Assembly (NCBI GenBank): GCA_902627595.1
Contig: CACOJO010000003.1
Coordinates: forward strand, 83,829-147,828
Reading direction: 5' to 3'
Length of the DNA stretch: 64,000 nucleotides
Source: an uncultured SAR86 cluster bacterium
Lineage (GTDB): Bacteria > Pseudomonadota > Gammaproteobacteria > Magnimaribacterales > AG-339-G14
Positions 28,040 through 36,545 of the stretch are shown piece after piece. The notes beneath the pieces are model-generated. The model did no database searches and was not told the origin of the DNA. It saw nothing but the letters and a program-made list of their open reading frames with translations. Position 1 is the stretch's first letter, and every line of letters starts with the position of its first letter. The translations under genes and the position numbers were made by a program.

Positions 28040-29385
28040 TAAATGCAAAAAAGAAGTTTTTTGGCACTGATGGTATCAGGGGCCCTATCTCTTCCAAGAC
28101 AAGCCCTGATTTTATATTAAAGCTTGGCTGGGCAGCAGGAGAGGTCTTTAAAAAACAAGGAATATCCTCATTTATAATTGGTAAAGATACAAGAATTTCA
28201 GGATATATGCTTGAGGCAGCCTTACAAGCAGGAATAATATCATCAGGATTAAATGTGCGCTTAGTAGGCCCTATGCCGACACCCGCAATATCTTATTTAG
28301 TTAGCACTTTTAAAAGTCAGGCAGGAATTGTTATTAGTGCATCTCATAATTCTTATGAAGATAATGGAATCAAATTTTTTGATGACAAAGGACAAAAAAT
28401 TTCAGACGAATTAGAACTTTCTATAGAACAAAAAATATCGGAACCGATTAAGGTTGTAGAGCCTGAAAATTTAGGAAAAGCAGCCAGACTTTCTGATGCA
28501 AGTGGCAGATATATTGAGTATTGTAAAAATTCTTTATCTAAAGAAATAAGTTTAAAAAATTTAAAAGTTGTTATCGATACAGCAAACGGAGCTGCCTATG
28601 ATGTTGCTCCTAGTGTATTTAGAGAGTTGGGGGCAGAAGTAGTAACAATATCTGATAATCCAAATGGTTTGAATATCAATAAGAACTGTGGATCAACAGA
28701 TCTTAATGTTTTAAAAAAATCTGTGTTAGATAATAATGCCAATTTTGGAATTGCTTTCGATGGCGATGGGGATAGGTTAATTATTGTTGACTCTGAAGCT
28801 AAGGCTCTTGATGGAGATGATATTCTATTTCTTTTAGCGAAATTTAAGTTTGAAAACCAGATAATTCTTGGCTCTAAAGGCGTTGTTGGCACAGACATGA
28901 CTAATAAAGGGCTGGAGAATGCTCTCTCTGAAATGGGAATTGAATTAGTAAGATCTCAGGTTGGAGACAAATATGTTTTAGAAAAACTTATAGATCTTGG
29001 ATGGCAACTAGGTGGAGAGCAATCTGGCCATATTATTTGTATGGAAAATGTGGCTACTGGCGACGCAATAATTGCAGCTATCAAGTTTTTTGAGGCCTAC
29101 CTTACTTTTGGAAAACCTTTGAACGAAATTCTATCTTCTTTTAAAAAATATCCTCAAATACTTACTAATATCGAAGTCGTTAATGCTGAAAATATTTTGT
29201 CTAACAAAAAATTTAAAAGTGCATGCAAAGACTCTCAAGATGAAATCTTAGAATTCGACGGAAAAATTCTAGTAAGAAAATCTGGGACTGAGTCCTTGTT
29301 GAGAATTCTAGTTGAGTCGAAAGACTCTAAGGCAACAGCAAACCATAGTAAAAAACTAACTGAGCTTGCCAAAGAATTATCCTAA
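28027..29385 (+). CDS. glmM: phosphoglucosamine mutase
   Basis: 452 aa. Has FGTDGIRG, the phosphoserine loop SASHNSYEDNGIKFF, the metal loop FDGDGDR and GGEQSGH. Confidence 0.9.
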   Translation: MAKIINAKKKFFGTDGIRGPISSKTSPDFILKLGWAAGEVFKKQGISSFIIGKDTRISGYMLEAALQAGIISSGLNVRLVGPMPTPAISYLVSTFKSQAGIVISASHNSYEDNGIKFFDDKGQKISDELELSIEQKISEPIKVVEPENLGKAARLSDASGRYIEYCKNSLSKEISLKNLKVVIDTANGAAYDVAPSVFRELGAEVVTISDNPNGLNINKNCGSTDLNVLKKSVLDNNANFGIAFDGDGDRLIIVDSEAKALDGDDILFLLAKFKFENQIILGSKGVVGTDMTNKGLENALSEMGIELVRSQVGDKYVLEKLIDLGWQLGGEQSGHIICMENVATGDAIIAAIKFFEAYLTFGKPLNEILSSFKKYPQILTNIEVVNAENILSNKKFKSACKDSQDEILEFDGKILVRKSGTESLLRILVESKDSKATANHSKKLTELAKELS

Positions 29386-29391
29386 GTTTCT

Positions 29392-30144
29392 ATGAAATAT
29401 TTAATAGCTAACTGGAAAATGAATTCAGTTAATTTAGACTTGTGGGAGCAAGAATTTCTAGATTTCATTAACTCTAATAAAGACTTTCCTCAACCCAACG
29501 AAGTAAAATTAATAGTTTGCTTAAATTTATATGACTACTATGTATTTTCAGAAAAGATTAATACCTCAAAAAATCCAATTTTTAAGAATATCAGTTTGTA
29601 TGCTCAAGACGTTTCGCGACATGAGGAAGGGGCTTTTACGGGACAGATTTCTTCAAAATTTTTACAAAAAATTGGCATTAAAGGCTCTATCGTTGGACAC
29701 TCAGAATTAAGAAAAAATGGCGACTCTGAAAGCAATGTTTATGAAAAAGGTCTAAAACTTAAAGATGAGAAACTATCAAACATTTTATGTATCGGTGAGG
29801 ATCTAGAAACCTTAAAAAATCACAATAAAAAATCATTTTTACTCAATCAACTTGAGGCATTTTGTAAAAATGGAGTTAAACCTGATCTGCTAGCCTATGA
29901 ACCTATTTGGGCTATTGGAACGGGAGTTGAGGCAGACTCAGAAAATATCTCTTCTGCAGTTTCAATCATTTTTGATTTTCTTAATGAAAATAAGATCAAT
30001 TGTCCTGTTTTATATGGCGGAAGTGTTTCGACTACTAATATTGAAGAAATAATTTCTATTCCTGGCCTAGAAGGATGTCTAGTAGGAAATTCTTCACTTA
30101 ACGGGGAACAATTTGCTATCATCGCTTCGAAAATTAAATCATGA
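29392..30144 (+). CDS. tpiA: triosephosphate isomerase
   Basis: 250 aa. Has ANWKMN, GHSELR and YEPIWAIGTG motifs. Confidence 0.85.
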   Translation: MKYLIANWKMNSVNLDLWEQEFLDFINSNKDFPQPNEVKLIVCLNLYDYYVFSEKINTSKNPIFKNISLYAQDVSRHEEGAFTGQISSKFLQKIGIKGSIVGHSELRKNGDSESNVYEKGLKLKDEKLSNILCIGEDLETLKNHNKKSFLLNQLEAFCKNGVKPDLLAYEPIWAIGTGVEADSENISSAVSIIFDFLNENKINCPVLYGGSVSTTNIEEIISIPGLEGCLVGNSSLNGEQFAIIASKIKS

Positions 30145-30458
30145 TTACGATATTTATAGTTTTGCAGGTTTTGATTGCCATATCTTTGGTAGTGATAATT
30201 TTACTTCAACAAGGTAAAGGTGCAGATATTGGTTCAGCTTTTGGCGGCGGAAATAATAATGCAATGTTCGCTCCTGCAGACGCAACAAATATACTTACTA
30301 AAATAACTTGGGGTTTAGTTATAGCTTTTTTTTCAATCACTGTTGCAATTTCAGCTTATCAAAAAACTTCTTTAGAATCAGAGCTTGATGTATTTAAAAA
30401 TACTCAGTCTCAGGAAATTATTGAAGAAAAGTCTATAATTGAAGATCTTCCTGAGTAA
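30141..30458 (+). CDS. secG: preprotein translocase subunit SecG
   Basis: 105 aa, two TM. Has the LLQQGKGADIGSAFGGG signature. Followed by tRNA-Leu(GAG) as in E. coli secG-leuU. Confidence 0.8.
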   Translation: MITIFIVLQVLIAISLVVIILLQQGKGADIGSAFGGGNNNAMFAPADATNILTKITWGLVIAFFSITVAISAYQKTSLESELDVFKNTQSQEIIEEKSIIEDLPE

Positions 30459-30460
30459 TT

Positions 30461-30547
30461 GCCGAAGTGGTGGAATTGGTAGACACGCTATCTTGAGGGG
30501 GTAGTGGACTTAGGTCCGTGGAGGTTCAAATCCTCTCTTCGGCACCA
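30461..30547 (+). tRNA. leuU: tRNA-Leu (anticodon GAG), CCA encoded
   Basis: GCCGAAG...CTTCGGCACCA acceptor stem. Anticodon stem CTATC/GGTAG with loop TTGAGGG (anticodon GAG). Long variable arm and GGTTCAAATCC T-loop. 87 nt. Confidence 0.9.
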
Positions 30548-30551
30548 AAAC

Positions 30552-30580
30552 TTGACCTATTTAAAACTTAATCCTATACT
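30552..30580 (+). promoter_or_regulatory. sigma70-type promoter for the initiator tRNA / nusA-infB operon
   Basis: TTGACC (30552-57), a 17-nt spacer, then TATACT (30575-80). The tRNA 5' end lies 13 nt downstream. Confidence 0.55.
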
Positions 30581-30592
30581 CGCCAAACTTTT

Positions 30593-30669
<77 letters not shown>

Positions 30670-30680
30670 ATTAGAAACTA

Positions 30681-30709
30681 TTGACCATTCCTCTCTATAC
30701 TCCTATACT
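30681..30709 (+). promoter_or_regulatory. second, near-duplicate sigma70-type promoter upstream of rimP
   Basis: TTGACC (30681-86), a 17-nt spacer, then TATACT (30704-09). It shares the extended string TATACTCGC with the first promoter. Confidence 0.5.
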
Positions 30710-30757
30710 CGCTTTCAAATTATTGTTTTGACTAATAATTTAGTTAAAGATTTTTTG

Positions 30758-30777
30758 ATAGGCCCTTTAGGGCCTAT
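30758..30777 (+). terminator. perfect 8-bp hairpin in the rimP leader (partial terminator/attenuator candidate)
   Basis: ATAGGCCC-TTTA-GGGCCTAT followed by TTATTATG. It is the only GC-rich inverted repeat in this spacer and lies 18 nt before the rimP ATG. Confidence 0.45.
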
Positions 30778-30794
30778 TTATTATGTAAAAGAGA

Positions 30795-31250
30795 ATGCTA
30801 GAACAAAAGATAACAGACATTTTAAAAAAAGATATTGAAAGCCTTGGATGCTCCATTTGGGGAGTAGAAATTTCGGGCGGTTCCTTTTCAAAGCACATTG
30901 TCATTTATATAGATAAAAATAACGATTTGATAACTCTGAAAGATTGCGAGAAGGTAAATATACAAGCAAGAGAAGTTTTAGATAATTTTTCTGAATTAAA
31001 TTTTAATTTCAGTTTAGAGGTATCATCTCCTGGGATTGACCGAAAATTTTTCAACATTGATCAACTCAAAGACTTTTTAGGCGAAACAATTAATCTATCT
31101 TGTATTTTAGATGGAAAAAAATGCAAATTGAAAGGAGAGCTTAAAGAGGTATCTGATGATGAAATCTCTTTATTATCACAAGGACAGATTTATCAAATTT
31201 TGAAAGGGGATTACTTATCCTCAAATTTACAAGGGGCTACCTATGAATGA
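30795..31250 (+). CDS. rimP: ribosome maturation factor RimP
   Basis: 151 aa. Has the LEVSSPGIDR motif. Immediately upstream of and overlapping nusA. Confidence 0.85.
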   Translation: MLEQKITDILKKDIESLGCSIWGVEISGGSFSKHIVIYIDKNNDLITLKDCEKVNIQAREVLDNFSELNFNFSLEVSSPGIDRKFFNIDQLKDFLGETINLSCILDGKKCKLKGELKEVSDDEISLLSQGQIYQILKGDYLSSNLQGATYE

Positions 31251-32718
31251 AGAAATACTATTAGTTGCAGACTCAGTTTCAAATGAAAAGGATCTACCTA
31301 AAGAAACTATCTTCGAAGCGATAGAATTTGCTCTAGCGAGTGCTGCAAAAAAAAGATACAAAGAAGATGTGAATATCCTTGTTGATATAGATCAATCTAC
31401 TGGAGATTATCAAACCTTTAGGTACAAAGAGGTTGTAGATTTTGAAAGCTATGAGGATAGCGAATTACACATTCTAGTAGATAGTGATTTTGCAGAAGAA
31501 AATGATCTTAAAGTTGGTGATAAATTCAAGGAGCAAATTGAGAACGCTGAATTTGGAAGAATAGCTGCACAAGCTGCTAAACAAGTTATTGTTCAAAAAG
31601 TAAGGGATGCTGAAAGATTAGAAATTATAAAAAGGTTTAGACCTTCTTTAGGTCAATTAGTATCTGGCTCGGTAAAAAAAGTTACTCGAGAATATATCAT
31701 TGTCGATCTTGGAGATGGGGCTGAAGCTTCTCTACCTAGAAAAGACCTCATCCAAGGTGAAATTTATAGAGTTGGAGAAAGGATCAAAGGCATTTTAGAA
31801 GAAAGCATCAGAGAAAATAGGGGTCCCCAATTAGTTTTGAGTAGAAGCTCTAAAGAAATGGTATCTGAATTATTTAAGCTGGAAGTTCCGGAGATTGCCG
31901 AAGAGGTAATCGAGATTAGGGCAGTCGCTAGAGATGCCGGGACAAGAACTAAAATTGCTGTAAAAACCAATGATGCAAGAATTGACCCAGTTGGCGCTTG
32001 TGTTGGTATGCGAGGCTCTAGAGTTCAAGCTGTTTCAAATGAATTAGGCAATGAAAGAATTGATATTGTTGTTTGGGAAGACGATCAAGCTAAATTATTA
32101 GTTAATACTTTGGCACCAGCAGAAATTCTTTCTATTGTAATGGATGATGAAGATCAATCTATGGAAGTAATAGTTAAAGATGAAAATTTGGCTTTAGCAA
32201 TTGGTAAAGGCGGCCAGAATATTAGACTCGCTTCAGAACTTTTAGGTTGGCAGATACAAATTAAGGGCGAGTCTTCTGGAGAAGAAGATGTAGAAATTTC
32301 AAAACTGATTGAATACCTTGGAGTTGATAGAAATTTAGCATCAAAACTTATAGAAAATAATCTTGAAAGTGTTCAAAAAATATCTGAATCAAAAGTAGAA
32401 GACTTTGCAGGCATTGATGGTTTGGAAGAAGAGGTTATTTTAACTCTTATTGAAAGAGCAGAAGAGTCTCTTCTTGAAATTGCTTTGCTTGAACTAGACG
32501 ACGATGCCAATGAAGAAGAAATTAAAGAAGCAAGAAAATTAGAACTATCCGATGGTTTTTCGGAAGAAGAATTAGAAGTTTTGTCTAAAAATAAAATTGT
32601 ATCTATTGAAAATTTAGCTGACTTGGCTACAGATGAACTGACTGAAATTTTTGAACTTGATGATGAAAGGGCAGCTAAACTAATAATGTCAGCTAGACAA
32701 GAGTGGTTAGAAAATTAA
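31243..32718 (+). CDS. nusA: transcription termination/antitermination factor NusA
   Basis: 491 aa. Contains S1, two KH domains (AIGKGGQNIRLAS) and C-terminal acidic repeat domains. Confidence 0.95.
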   Translation: MNEEILLVADSVSNEKDLPKETIFEAIEFALASAAKKRYKEDVNILVDIDQSTGDYQTFRYKEVVDFESYEDSELHILVDSDFAEENDLKVGDKFKEQIENAEFGRIAAQAAKQVIVQKVRDAERLEIIKRFRPSLGQLVSGSVKKVTREYIIVDLGDGAEASLPRKDLIQGEIYRVGERIKGILEESIRENRGPQLVLSRSSKEMVSELFKLEVPEIAEEVIEIRAVARDAGTRTKIAVKTNDARIDPVGACVGMRGSRVQAVSNELGNERIDIVVWEDDQAKLLVNTLAPAEILSIVMDDEDQSMEVIVKDENLALAIGKGGQNIRLASELLGWQIQIKGESSGEEDVEISKLIEYLGVDRNLASKLIENNLESVQKISESKVEDFAGIDGLEEEVILTLIERAEESLLEIALLELDDDANEEEIKEARKLELSDGFSEEELEVLSKNKIVSIENLADLATDELTEIFELDDERAAKLIMSARQEWLEN

Positions 32719-32721
32719 ATT

Positions 32722-35031
32722 ATGGCAGATATAAATGTTAAACAACTATCTAAAGCAATAAAAATTGATTTGGATGATTTGTTGGCTCAGATGAAGTCTG
32801 CAGGACTATCTCATAAATCAGAAAACGACATTGTAAGTACTGAAGACAAAAAAGTACTTTTAAAATTCATAAAAGATAGCAAAAAGGATAATAAAAAAAC
32901 AATTTCACTAAACACGCCAAAACAAAAAACTGCAAAATCTAATTTATCTGTTACAAGAATCAATTCTCCAGACAAACAAAATAAACCTTCTATAAAACAA
33001 GATTTCACTGGATCAATTGACTTTGATGAGGCAGAAAGGAAAAGACTCAATGCCCAGAATGAAGCAGCTGAAGAAGATAAAAAGAAAGCTAAAGCAAAAA
33101 CAAAAGTTGTAAGAAAAACAAAACAAGAACCTCAAAAGAAAGTACCTCAAAACCTAAAAAAAGACAAAAAAATATTTACAGACAGTTCTAAAGAAGATCA
33201 GAGAGAACAGGAAGGTGAAAAATTTCTAGAAAAAAACTTTGAAAATGTTCAAAAATTTGAAAAACCTCAAGAATTTATTCAAAAAGAAGTAAAAATTCCA
33301 GAAACTATAGTGGTATCTGATCTCGCAAAGGAACTCTCTATAAAATCTTCGGATTTGATTAAATCTCTTATGAATAGCGGAGTAATGGTAACTTTAAATC
33401 AGACTATTGATCAGGAAACTGCAATCTTGGTTGTTGAAGAACTAGGCCATGTAGGAATTCCTCAAGAAATAGAATCCGAAGAAGAAAAAATTCTTGAACA
33501 TATTGTATACGAAGGTAATGAAGAGTTAAGAAATCCAGTGGTTTCAGTTCTGGGACATGTAGATCATGGAAAAACCTCGATATTAGATTTTATTAGAAAA
33601 TCTTCTGTAGCTGATCAGGAAGAAGGAGGAATTACACAAGGTATTGGTGCTTATCAGGTAGACCATAATAATCAAAAGATTACATTTATTGATACTCCAG
33701 GTCATGCAGCATTCTCAGAAATGCGTGCAAGAGGAGCTAATTCAACAGATATTGTTGTCTTAGTTGTCGCTGCAGACGATAGCGTTCAACCTCAAACAGA
33801 AGAAGCTTTTAATCACGCAAAAGCTGCTAATGTTCAAGTCATTGTTGCAGTTAATAAAATAGATAAACCCGACTCAGATCTTGAAAAGGTTAAAGGAGAT
33901 CTTTCAAAAATGGGTCTCGTACCTGAAGATTGGGGCGGTGATACTCAAGTAGTTCCAGTTTCTGCAAAAACTGGCGAGGGAATAGATGAGCTTATTGAAA
34001 ACATAACCTTACTTTCTGAATTGCTAGAACTAAAAACAAACCATGATGGTCCTGCATCCGGGGTAGTATTGGAGTCCGGTGTCAAAAAGGGTGAGGGGGC
34101 TGTTGCTACACTGCTCATTCAGAGAGGAACTTTGAATAGTGGTGATTTCGTTTTAATTGGTGATCAATTTAGAAAAATTAGAAGTCTTAAGAATTTTTTA
34201 GGTTCGCAAATAAAAACCTCACCACCTTCGTCTCCGGTTGCAATATCTGGTCTTGAATATCCTCCTAATGCCGGGCAAGAATTTATGGTGGTCAAAGATG
34301 AAAAGGCTGCTAAAAATTTATCTGAAGAAAGAGCTAGCAAAAGAAGGGATAATCGATTGGCTAAAAAGGGAGTTGTTAACTTAGATGGTATTTTTGCAGG
34401 CGCAGGCGACTTAGCAAAACCTTCGGTAAATCTTATAATAAAAACTGATACAAATGGTTCAGCTGAGGCAATTGCTGGAGCAATTAATAATTTAAAAATA
34501 GAAGAAGCAAATATCAAAATAGTCCTAGATGGAGTTGGACCTGTTTCTGTAAATGATGTAAATCTTGCTGTTGCATCTAAAGCCATTATTTTAGGATTTA
34601 ATGTCAGATCTGATGCCTCTGCTGTAACTCTTGCCGAAAAGGAAGAAATAAAAATCCAATATTTTGGAATTATTTATGACTTGCTAGATGCAGTGAAAGA
34701 AATAATTGAAGGTTCTCTAGAGCCTGAAATAAAAGAGGTTACAGTTGGAATTGCAGAAGTTAAAGATACCTTCAAATCTCCAAAATTTGGTTTGATAGCT
34801 GGATCAATTGTTATTGAAGGGGCGGTCATTAAAAATCTTCCAATAAGAGTTTTAAGGGATAATATTGTTATACACGAAGGTAAACTTGACTCGCTTAGAA
34901 GATTTAAAGATGAAGCAACTGAAGTAAAAAGCGGAACAGAATGTGGAATCGGAATAGAAAATTACAACGATGTTAAGGTTGGAGACAAAATAGAAGTTTT
35001 CGAAAGAAAAGAAACCGCAAGAAAAATATAA
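32722..35031 (+). CDS. infB: translation initiation factor IF-2
   Basis: 769 aa. Lys-rich N-terminal region. G domain with GHVDHGKTS, DTPGH and NKID. Confidence 0.95.
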   Translation: MADINVKQLSKAIKIDLDDLLAQMKSAGLSHKSENDIVSTEDKKVLLKFIKDSKKDNKKTISLNTPKQKTAKSNLSVTRINSPDKQNKPSIKQDFTGSIDFDEAERKRLNAQNEAAEEDKKKAKAKTKVVRKTKQEPQKKVPQNLKKDKKIFTDSSKEDQREQEGEKFLEKNFENVQKFEKPQEFIQKEVKIPETIVVSDLAKELSIKSSDLIKSLMNSGVMVTLNQTIDQETAILVVEELGHVGIPQEIESEEEKILEHIVYEGNEELRNPVVSVLGHVDHGKTSILDFIRKSSVADQEEGGITQGIGAYQVDHNNQKITFIDTPGHAAFSEMRARGANSTDIVVLVVAADDSVQPQTEEAFNHAKAANVQVIVAVNKIDKPDSDLEKVKGDLSKMGLVPEDWGGDTQVVPVSAKTGEGIDELIENITLLSELLELKTNHDGPASGVVLESGVKKGEGAVATLLIQRGTLNSGDFVLIGDQFRKIRSLKNFLGSQIKTSPPSSPVAISGLEYPPNAGQEFMVVKDEKAAKNLSEERASKRRDNRLAKKGVVNLDGIFAGAGDLAKPSVNLIIKTDTNGSAEAIAGAINNLKIEEANIKIVLDGVGPVSVNDVNLAVASKAIILGFNVRSDASAVTLAEKEEIKIQYFGIIYDLLDAVKEIIEGSLEPEIKEVTVGIAEVKDTFKSPKFGLIAGSIVIEGAVIKNLPIRVLRDNIVIHEGKLDSLRRFKDEATEVKSGTECGIGIENYNDVKVGDKIEVFERKETARKI

Positions 35032-35358
35032 TTGTTTAGTTCAAAGCCCTATAAAAGAGCTCAAAGAGTTTCAGATAATATTAAACGAGAAATAGCAAAT
35101 ATTTTTAGTTTAAAGATTAACGATCCTAGACTTAAGGGTTTAACGGTAACAGAGGTTAAACTTAGTGATGATTTATCTTCTGCGAAGATATTTCTCTCAA
35201 ACTATCTAAGTCAAACCGCAAATCAGGATGAGGATGGGATTACCAAAGCTTTAGAAAATTCGAGATCGTTTGTTAAAAAGAAACTAGGTGAGAACATAAA
35301 ACTAAAAAAAATGCCTGAACTTTTATTTTTTATTGACCAAAGGGAAGGCCCAATTTGA
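35032..35358 (+). CDS. rbfA: ribosome-binding factor A
   Basis: 108 aa. TTG start immediately after the infB stop. Has RAQRVSDNIKREIA and DPRLKG..VTEV.LS.DL..AK.F. Confidence 0.85.
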   Translation: MFSSKPYKRAQRVSDNIKREIANIFSLKINDPRLKGLTVTEVKLSDDLSSAKIFLSNYLSQTANQDEDGITKALENSRSFVKKKLGENIKLKKMPELLFFIDQREGPI

Positions 35359-36227
35359 TTTCAGGATTAATAGTTCTAAATAAGCCTTCTGGAATTTCAT
35401 CTGGAGAATTTATCCGAAAGTTAAAACCAATAATTAAAGATTCCAAGATAGGCCACTCTGGCACTTTAGATCCTCTTGCCAGCGGCGTTATTCTTGCGTG
35501 TTTAGGTCAGATGACAAGATTTACTAATTTCTTAGCAAATGAAAAAAAAACATATGTTGCTGAAATGATGTTCGGTATAAAAACCGATACAGGGGATTTA
35601 GACGGAAAAATTGTTGAGAAACTCGAAAGAGTTCCCAGAAAAAAGGATTTTGAAAAAATAGCTAAAAGCTACATTGGCCTCATAAATCAAGAAGCGCCAA
35701 AATATTCCTCCTTAAAATATAAAGGAAAGCCTTTATATCAATATGCTAGAAAGAATAAAGAAGTCCCAAAAAAAATTAGATTAATAGAAATTTTCAATTT
35801 AGATTTACTTTCATTAAATCAAAACAAATTTAAGCTTTTAGTCGAATGTGGTAAGGGAACTTATATAAGATCTCTTGTTGATGACCTTGCAAAAGATCTA
35901 GGATGCGTCGCGGTTCTATCTAGTTTACAAAGAATTAACTCAGCTAATCATAAAATTGAAGATGCACATGAAATAGAATCTATAAATAGTGATAATATTA
36001 AAAACAAAATAATTCAAATGGGGGATGCACTTAGCAGCATAGATAAGATACAATGCGCCGTTGAAATAATAGATAGGATAAAAAAAGGCCAAAAAATACA
36101 TTTGAAAGAGGCCGAATTAAAAAGCAAATACCTGAGATTGTTTGACGAAAAGAAAAATTTCATAGGAATTTTAAAAAACATTAACGGTTTAGTTTCACCC
36201 AAAAGGTTAATATCTATAGAAAAATAA
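35355..36227 (+). CDS. truB: tRNA pseudouridine-55 synthase
   Basis: 290 aa. TTG start overlapping the rbfA stop by 4 nt. Has the catalytic-Asp motif GHSGTLDPLASG. Confidence 0.9.
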   Translation: MISGLIVLNKPSGISSGEFIRKLKPIIKDSKIGHSGTLDPLASGVILACLGQMTRFTNFLANEKKTYVAEMMFGIKTDTGDLDGKIVEKLERVPRKKDFEKIAKSYIGLINQEAPKYSSLKYKGKPLYQYARKNKEVPKKIRLIEIFNLDLLSLNQNKFKLLVECGKGTYIRSLVDDLAKDLGCVAVLSSLQRINSANHKIEDAHEIESINSDNIKNKIIQMGDALSSIDKIQCAVEIIDRIKKGQKIHLKEAELKSKYLRLFDEKKNFIGILKNINGLVSPKRLISIEK

Positions 36228-36246
36228 ATAACTAAGGAGGAAGTTC

Positions 36247-36516
36247 TTGAGTTTAGAAACAAAAAAAAAGGAAGAAGTTATTTCAAAATTTGCTCAGTCT
36301 AAAGGAGACACAGGCTCTCCGGAAGTTCAGATAGCTTTGTTAACTGCAAATATTGAATCCTTGCAAGTTCATTTTAAAGATCATGCTAAAGACCATCATT
36401 CCAGACAGGGTCTTATTAAAATGGTTAATACTAGACGAAAGCTTTTAGATTATCTTAAGAAAAAAGACCCTAAAAGATATAGCGCTATTCTCTCAGAACT
36501 TAATCTTAGAAAGTAA
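36247..36516 (+). CDS. rpsO: 30S ribosomal protein S15
   Basis: 89 aa. TTG start 7 nt after an AAGGAGG Shine-Dalgarno. Colinear with E. coli S15 (MSL....., [28 protein letters not shown]). Confidence 0.95.
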   Translation: MSLETKKKEEVISKFAQSKGDTGSPEVQIALLTANIESLQVHFKDHAKDHHSRQGLIKMVNTRRKLLDYLKKKDPKRYSAILSELNLRK

Positions 36517-36545
36517 CTCAGAGTTACAAAAATTTAGGAAAACAT

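Noticed and set aside
30710-30721. CGCTTTCAAATT just after the second promoter, as a possible boxA-like (GCTCTTTAACAA) NusB/NusE site.
   Set aside because: The match is only partial, with an indel. It cannot be distinguished from chance without comparative data.
30783-30788. ATG-TAA 'start-stop' mini-ORF 7 nt upstream of the rimP ATG.
   Set aside because: A six-nucleotide pattern is expected by chance in AT-rich leader sequence, and there is no Shine-Dalgarno specific to it.
34164-34586. 140-aa minus-strand ORF inside infB.
   Set aside because: It is antisense to the conserved IF-2 C-terminal region, and the product is Ala/Ser/Phe-rich without motifs. This is a shadow ORF.
35542-35550. A9 tract inside truB, with similar A9-10 runs in rpsO (about 36262-36271), near 47601 and near 61415, as possible slippage or frameshift sites.
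   Set aside because: The reading frames are intact across every tract and encode plausible Lys runs. Such tracts are expected in AT-rich, Lys-rich genomes. There is no evidence of programmed frameshifting.
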